A program made the translations under genes and the position numbers. A stretch of DNA of 64,000 nt from Gemmatimonadales bacterium (lineage in GTDB: Bacteria; Gemmatimonadota; Gemmatimonadetes; Gemmatimonadales; GWC2-71-9), in assembly GCA_965249575.1 (NCBI GenBank), contig OZ252244.1:2336001-2400000 (forward strand), read 5' to 3'. Position 1 is the first letter of the stretch; every line of letters starts with the position of its first letter. Positions 60,434 to 64,000 of this stretch are shown piece by piece. The notes under the pieces are model-generated. The model saw only the letters and a program-made list of their open reading frames with translations, searched no databases and was not told where the DNA came from.

Positions 60434-61849
60434 CTATGGGAAGATCCCGCGTTCGCTATAGGCGACGGCAATCTTTTCGATCGCGCTGATGAATGCTCCC
60501 GTACGAAAGTCCACGTCCGGCCCGCGGGACTCCCTGATCGCCGCGATCTCGTTGTAGGCCACGATCATCGTGTCCTCGAGACCGGAGTTGACCAAATCTT
60601 CTTCGTCGGCCCCCCGCGTTGAATGCATCATGGCGGTATCGGAGAACTCCTTCCCGGTGAGGCTCTCGACTGCCTCCAAGACACGTGTTGCGGCCGCCTC
60701 CTCGAACCGCTTCTCCATCCGGCCAAACCGCACATGTGACAGATTCTTGAGCCATTCGAAGTACGATACCGTCACCCCCCCGGCGTTGAGGTAGGTGTCC
60801 GGAATGATCATGATCCCCTTTTCTTTGAGGAGCACATCTGCATCGCCGGTGGTGGGGCCGTTGGCCGCCTCGGCGACGATCTTGGCCTTGACCCGCCGCG
60901 CATTCTCATCCGTGATCTGGTTTTCGAGTGCCGCGGGAACGAGGATGTCGCACTCGAGCTCTAGTGCTGCCGAAGCATCGGCCAAGTTGCTGGCGCCCGG
61001 GAAGTCCAGGATGGATTGAGTCTCACTCCGGTGGGCGACGACGGCGTCGACATCGAGTCCATTCTTGCTGACGATGGATCCCTCGCGCTCGGCCAGTCCC
61101 ACGACACTGGCGCCCCCCTCTCGGAGGAACTTGGCCGCGTGGTATCCGACGTTTCCCAGGCCCTGCACGACGACGCGCTTGCCTTCCAGCCCAGTCGAGA
61201 GTCCCAGAGACTTCATGTCGGCGGCGTTTCTGCACGCCTCACGGATGCCAAAGAACACGCCTCGCCCCGTTGCCTCGACCCGCCCTCGAATGCCGCCCAT
61301 GCTGACCGGCTTCCCTGTCACACACGCCTCGGCGTTTATGTCGCCGCTCGCAAGTGTCATGTAGGTGTCGGCAATCCATGCCATCTCAGCCGGCCCGGTT
61401 CCGTAGTCCGGGGCGGGCACATCGACGCTGCTTCCGATGAAATCCTTGCGGGCCAGCTCGAACGCGTAGCGGCGGGTGATCCGCTCGAGCTCTTCCGCCG
61501 AGTAGTTACGGCGAGAGATCTTGACGCCGCCCTTGGCGCCGCCGAACGGAACGTCGACAATCGCGCACTTGTACGACATGAGTGCCGCTAACGCCATCAC
61601 CTCCTCGGGTCCCACGACCCCGCTGTAGCGAATCCCACCCTTGGTGGGCAGGCGATGGTGGCTGTGCTCCGCCCGCCAACCGTGGATGACCTCGATGGAC
61701 CCGTCGTCTCGGCGAAGCGGGAACGTGATGTAATAGAGGCAGTTGCACTCGCGGATCTGGTTGAGCAGCGTGGGATCGAGCTTCGTGAATGCGGCCGCTC
61801 GGTCAAACCCTTGGTTGACCTGCTGGAGAAAGTTGTACTCGGCGGACAT
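60434..61849 (-). CDS. gdhA: glutamate dehydrogenase (Glu/Leu/Phe/Val family)
   Basis: KGGIRY, PFGGAKGG, DVPAPD, QGLGNVG, EAANGP, NAGGVTVSYFEW. Confidence 0.95.
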   Translation of the reverse strand: MSAEYNFLQQVNQGFDRAAAFTKLDPTLLNQIRECNCLYYITFPLRRDDGSIEVIHGWRAEHSHHRLPTKGGIRYSGVVGPEEVMALAALMSYKCAIVDVPFGGAKGGVKISRRNYSAEELERITRRYAFELARKDFIGSSVDVPAPDYGTGPAEMAWIADTYMTLASGDINAEACVTGKPVSMGGIRGRVEATGRGVFFGIREACRNAADMKSLGLSTGLEGKRVVVQGLGNVGYHAAKFLREGGASVVGLAEREGSIVSKNGLDVDAVVAHRSETQSILDFPGASNLADASAALELECDILVPAALENQITDENARRVKAKIVAEAANGPTTGDADVLLKEKGIMIIPDTYLNAGGVTVSYFEWLKNLSHVRFGRMEKRFEEAAATRVLEAVESLTGKEFSDTAMMHSTRGADEEDLVNSGLEDTMIVAYNEIAAIRESRGPDVDFRTGAFISAIEKIAVAYSERGIFP

Positions 61850-62043
61850 CTAGTGGCTCCCGGTTCACACCTTGAAGTAACGACGGGGTCGCATGCCCGC
61901 CAGGGCATGCGCGCGGCGATTGGCGAATCCCTGTGGTCTGGATCACAAGCGACGCGCGACGACTGGTGTTAGAGTAACAAAACGGTACGTCGGTGGCGCT
62001 CGACCGTCCGACCACAGATCAACGACGGAGAAAACGGACAGAT

Positions 62044-62664
62044 ATGATCTCCAGGATCCTCGCGCTCTTCGCGATGGCCGCTGTGCTGCCCGCAAGCGCC
62101 CGGCCCCAGGGCATCCCCGAAGAGAGTGCGGGCGGGCGTGGTCCGGGCCGGGGCGTGTGGATCGGCGCCGGAATCGGTGGGGGGCTGGAGAAGGTCGGTT
62201 GTGACGTGTGTCTCGGAGATTGGGACATCGCGCCGTCGGCACACGTTCGTATCGGCGGCACGATCAATCGACACCTTGGCCTGGGCCTCGAAGGAAACGG
62301 AACGCTCGAGAACGACGCGGCCGCGGGCGTGCGCGACGTCATGGTCGGTGTCGGGGCCGTTTTGTACTGGTACCCGAGCCCAGATGGTCCGCGGTATTAC
62401 ATCAAGGGTGGCTTTGGGCCCATGTTCTTCCGCGCCGAAGACTCGGACGTGCCGGCCGGGGAGGTTGCCGATCCCGCGATAACGTCGACGGCGTTCGGTG
62501 GGCATTTTGGAATCGGGTATGAGATCGGGGGCGGCCGTGTGGTGTTGGTTCCGTTTCTAAACATGTCGGCAAGTGTCTTCGGCAATCTCCACCAAGGCGA
62601 TACCCGACTGACGAACGCTGCGCTCACGTTGATCCAGTTCGGGTTGGGGGTTCGCTGGCGATAG
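62044..62664 (+). CDS. small outer-membrane beta-barrel protein
   Basis: Signal peptide, amphipathic strands, C-terminal FGLGVRWR; CDVC pair in the first loop. Confidence 0.75.
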   Translation: MISRILALFAMAAVLPASARPQGIPEESAGGRGPGRGVWIGAGIGGGLEKVGCDVCLGDWDIAPSAHVRIGGTINRHLGLGLEGNGTLENDAAAGVRDVMVGVGAVLYWYPSPDGPRYYIKGGFGPMFFRAEDSDVPAGEVADPAITSTAFGGHFGIGYEIGGGRVVLVPFLNMSASVFGNLHQGDTRLTNAALTLIQFGLGVRWR

Positions 62665-63110
62665 ATCGCTCGGCAGCGCGATGGTACTCGGCGCTGTATA
62701 TCGCGCTAGCTGGATGGCTGGTGGGATGCGGCGGCTCGGTGGGTGCGGGAACCGGCCCCTCCGGCTCCCCGCCATCCTCGATCACGTTCGGCGGCGTGAT
62801 CCAGCCCCTCTTTACACAGAACTGCGCATTTGCCACCGGATGTCACGCCGGACCGAACTCCCAGGAGGGAATGGACCTGTCAGCGGGCCTGGCCTATGCG
62901 AACACCGTCAACGTGTCCTCCATGCAGGTCCCGCGCCTGGTGCGTGTCCAACCGGGCAACTCCGACTCGAGCTATCTGGTACTAAAGATCGAGGGGAGTG
63001 CGGGACTCGTCGGTGGGATGGGAACCCGGATGCCGCTCGGCGGTAGCCTGACACAGGGACAAATCGATACTGTTCGAACGTGGGTCGACGGGGGGGCTCC
63101 GAACAACTAG
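62655..63110 (+). CDS. small lipoprotein with an atypical heme-c motif (CX5CH)
   Basis: Upstream extension gives the signal (M)AIDRSAARWYSALYIALAGWLVGC; IQPLFTQNCAFATGCH, S.LVLK, RMPLGG, WVDGGA. Confidence 0.75.
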   Translation: MAIDRSAARWYSALYIALAGWLVGCGGSVGAGTGPSGSPPSSITFGGVIQPLFTQNCAFATGCHAGPNSQEGMDLSAGLAYANTVNVSSMQVPRLVRVQPGNSDSSYLVLKIEGSAGLVGGMGTRMPLGGSLTQGQIDTVRTWVDGGAPNN

Positions 63111-63238
63111 GGGGGGTCGGCCCCGGTTCCCGAAGGGCGGGTGAGCGGCATCACAGACCCATCTTGACGGTCCGAAACAAGTTTGTAAGGATTACGTTCT
63201 CTTGAGCCAGTCGGCTCCGCGACCCATGGAGGGTCCCC

Positions 63239-64000
63239 ATGAACCCCTCTCTCCGAACCGTTCTCATTACCATCCCGGCCGCCACGTTGGCCGTCGCTAT
63301 CGGAAGCTGCGAGAACCCGGCGAGCGTCTCGTTGCCGACCGCCCCTGGAGGCCCGAGCCGCGCTTTCTCCGCGTGGGCGCCTGGCGCCAACGACACCTGT
63401 ACCCCGGCCGACCATGACCGGTACGGAGTAGTGGGGCCGGACGGGAAGCTGTATCCGGCGTGGCATCCCGCGACGGACGGCAAAACCGGCTGTACCTTCG
63501 GCCACGAGCATGGACGTGATCCGGCGGGTTCGGACCTCTTCCTCGACGTCGGGCAGATTCCGTTCGGCTACGCCAACGAAGTGGCAGACCTGTTCGCGCC
63601 GCATGTGGGCTACAAGGTCGAGTGGGAGAATGACGTCGAAATGTCCGTCGGGCTGGGCGACGTAGGCGAATCACTGTTCCGCGTGAGCTGTGACGTGCTC
63701 GTCGAGCTCCACCAGGGCTCCGCGGGAGCGGGTGGGTTCATCAATCCATTGCACGAGCTGGTGTATCACGCGCGATGCACGGATGGAACCGAGCTGCACT
63801 TCACCAAGATCTCCACGATCGGCCATGCTGGTGAGTTCGTACGCTCATGCGATAGCGATGTACACGTCGAGGTGTCGCCGGGGCAGCCAGCAGGCGCCCC
63901 GGACGGCGGTGGCAAGCGCCGCATCCCCGACCGTCAGTGCGTTCTTCAGCACATTCTCGTGCCGGACGGCCAGAATTCGAGCTTCAGCTCGGGACTGCGG
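63239..64000 (+). CDS. uncharacterised lipoprotein (3'-truncated by the window end)
   Basis: GGAGG SD; MNPSLRTVLITIPAATLAVAIGSC lipobox; WHP...CTFGHEHG motif; reading frame appears open to the window end. Confidence 0.75.
   Translation, partial: MNPSLRTVLITIPAATLAVAIGSCENPASVSLPTAPGGPSRAFSAWAPGANDTCTPADHDRYGVVGPDGKLYPAWHPATDGKTGCTFGHEHGRDPAGSDLFLDVGQIPFGYANEVADLFAPHVGYKVEWENDVEMSVGLGDVGESLFRVSCDVLVELHQGSAGAGGFINPLHELVYHARCTDGTELHFTKISTIGHAGEFVRSCDSDVHVEVSPGQPAGAPDGGGKRRIPDRQCVLQHILVPDGQNSSFSSGLR

Noticed and set aside
1..64000. CRISPR arrays, tRNA/rRNA genes, IS elements, prophage
   Set aside because: None recognised by eye; not confirmed computationally.

Overview
GC-rich bacterial chromosomal window. 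Gene content and style suggest Gemmatimonadota (inference only). It is mostly housekeeping: LPS genes (GT9, msbA-like ABC transporter, GT2) with a PorX-like REC-PglZ regulator, tyrS, PBP1A, an ArgR-controlled arg operon, kbl/tdh, a stand-alone FdhF-type formate dehydrogenase subunit, aroH, thiE, mltG, ruvX, rho, a TRAP transporter and gdh. The best lead is the first gene of the ARG-box-controlled argCDBGH operon. It is an uncharacterised P-loop, DUF1611/DgcN-like protein in an operon with no argA, argJ, argE or argF, so it is a candidate new N-acetylglutamate synthase or another missing Arg-pathway enzyme. Other leads: a c-di-GMP-I riboswitch on an unknown exported protein; a TPR-CsgG-like / beta-barrel / giant Ig-repeat surface module; a cytochrome P460-cupredoxin-NDH-2 redox cluster; a patatin-ferredoxin fusion; an RNase E-like NYN-LOTUS-IDR protein; an apparently inverted thiE; and four genes that seem to need CTG starts. 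Nine genes are disrupted. The five small indels mostly sit in short homopolymer or dinucleotide runs and may be sequencing errors. No rRNA, tRNA, CRISPR array or mobile element was recognised.
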